Translations under genes and position numbers: made by a program
Notes under the pieces: generated by a model
Database searches by the model: none
The model's input: only the letters and a program-made list of their open reading frames with translations
Told to the model about the DNA's origin: nothing
Shown here: positions 62,597 to 64,000 of the stretch, piece by piece
How the letters are laid out: each line of letters starts with the position of its first letter
Position numbering within the stretch: position 1 is the first letter of the stretch
Origin: Selaginella moellendorffii
Lineage: Eukaryota; Plantae; Lycopodiophyta
Reading direction: 5' to 3'
DNA length: 64,000 bases
NCBI RefSeq assembly: GCF_000143415.4
Contig: NW_003314313.1
Coordinates: 142,418 to 206,417 of the forward strand

Positions 62597-63897
62597 TCAC
62601 AAGCATTCCCCGCTTTTGAGTTTTTGCACGAGATTTAGGTAGCCCTGTTGTTCTGGTCGGATGTATCTGTGGGAATCCACTGGTAAAAGAGAGCAAACGA
62701 ACAGGAGAGGAAAGAACAGTACCCGTGGCGAAATAAAAAGTCGACAACGACCAGTGCGCAGTTGGGCTTGTAGTTTCCCAGGCTCTGGACCACATTTGGG
62801 ATAGAATCCAGACGGAAGCACTCCACTTCGCCATCTAGTGACGTGAGCCATTGGAAGAGGTGAACAAGAACACGGGGGAATTGAATGTATCAAGATCATG
62901 TACCTTTGTTGGATGGCTCAAAGTCGAGTGGCAGCTCGAGGTCATAGCAGAAGAGCACGTCCCGTTTGCATTGCTCGGCGTAGATTGTCTCGTAGCTGAC
63001 TGCTCCAACTGGAATCGCTCTGCAAAAAACAAGAAGAAAACAAAAATGTCGAGTGAGCAGCGATGGAGGAAGCTCACTTTTCCGCCAGTAGTTTTGGAAT
63101 TCCGGCCTCCTCTTCGCACTCTTTAACAATATTGTCCGAGCAGCTGAGTCCCACTGGCTGGAAAAACACATCATGGAAGGACGAAGCCAACATCAATGAG
63201 TGTAACGCACGAAAAAACTTGGTATTTTATGTTTTAATACCTGACCACCTGCGACTAGATGATCGAGGTAACCGGGATATGTTTGTTTTCTTTTGCTCCG
63301 CTTGGCCACCCAGAGCTGCTTGGAGCCATCATAATTGGTGACATATCCATTCATGTGAACCCCATAAGCCTAGAAAAGGCAAAAAAAAAAATCACTCACT
63401 CCTTTGGAACCGACCGAGAAAAGCAACACACCTTGGTCCCGAAAAACGGAACAGCCGCTCGCTCCAACGAGAAGAAAGCCGGCGAACCAAATTGTAGAAC
63501 GACCGGATAATGCTGCGAAACGTAGAAGTATAAGAGCCTGTGATTATACGCATAAAAGAAATGCTGTAAAGGAAAGTCGTGCAAACGCAAAGTACCTCGT
63601 CACGCCAGCCGGGAATGAATCCATCTCTTCTCAAGACCCGCAAAGCATCGTCCACGGCAGTTGTGCGCTGCTCGGGGGTTTCGAGACGTTCATGGATCTC
63701 CACAGACGCATAACCTGTCGAGGTAGTAGCAACTGTAAAAACCTGTGGAAATTTCTCCAAGAGCGCTGCAAATCTGACAATGGAAATCTATTCCTATCAA
63801 CACCGCTAAACTTTGGTCACATAGAGCTCACCTGGGATGAATGTAGCCAACCGTGTGTCCTTTCACTAGAAAGCGAAGAAACTCCGACCTTCGCTCC
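62597..63897 (-). CDS. Nudix hydrolase (NUDT20/24-like, DUF4743); 5' end beyond the window
   Basis: IPGWRDEHYPV, LERAAVPFFG.KAYGVHMNGY, LWVAKRS..K.TYPG.LDHLVAGG, KECEEEAG, CYDLELP, DGEVECF, KPNCALV. Confidence 0.9.
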
Positions 63898-64000
63898 TGG
63901 TGAAAACGGAAAGAAATAAGAAAACATACCCTCTCCTGGTGAAAATCCAAAGAAATAAGCAAACGATCTCTCATTCCTGGTGAAAATGCAAAGAAATAAA
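63894..64000. repeat. ~40-bp tandem repeat (3 copies) at a Nudix intron 3' end
   Basis: tcctggtgaaaa....aagaaataa starts at ~63895, 63934 and 63975. Confidence 0.8.

Noticed and set aside
63894-64000. CRISPR-like repeat-spacer appearance
   Set aside because: Eukaryotic intron context, only three imperfect units, no cas genes.

Overview
Eukaryotic plant nuclear DNA with very short introns (about 50-80 nt), tiny intergenic spacers and intronless PLS-class PPR genes. This is most consistent with a lycophyte such as Selaginella (inference, not a database result). The first 8 kb is AT-rich retroelement debris: a PPT plus 3' LTR, and a related solo LTR with a target-site duplication. From 8 to 64 kb there is a dense array of about 25 genes: dihydroorotase and a decayed copy, an AT-rich intronless bulb-lectin ORF, a centrin-like EF-hand gene, an atypical SDR, a giant GEX2-like filamin/Ig-repeat gene, RlmN, a truncated COBRA-like gene, Era GTPase, a cyanovirin-N (CVNH) lectin, an MPPE1/Cdc1-like phosphoesterase, two PPRs, FIE, a duplicated orphan secreted protein, DUF1218, ARP4, CCT7, a carbonyl-reductase SDR, COMMD4, PreY/Trm112-like, tRNA-Arg(UCU), LIN52-like, UBL5, a UGT, a RING-CH gene and a Nudix hydrolase. 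The best candidate for something new is a 3-exon secreted peptide-hormone precursor absent from the ORF track (53947-54396). Its C-terminal motif DYPNPHRGPSPGGH looks like an RGF/GOLVEN N-half joined to a CEP/PIP-like C-half. Also notable: a soluble GEX2-like protein with about 16 modules, a foreign-looking AT-rich lectin gene, COMMD4 in a land plant, a PPR stop codon overlapping the FIE start codon, and two tandem duplications that have collapsed by microhomology deletions and an inversion. Exon boundaries were read by eye and are approximate unless stated.
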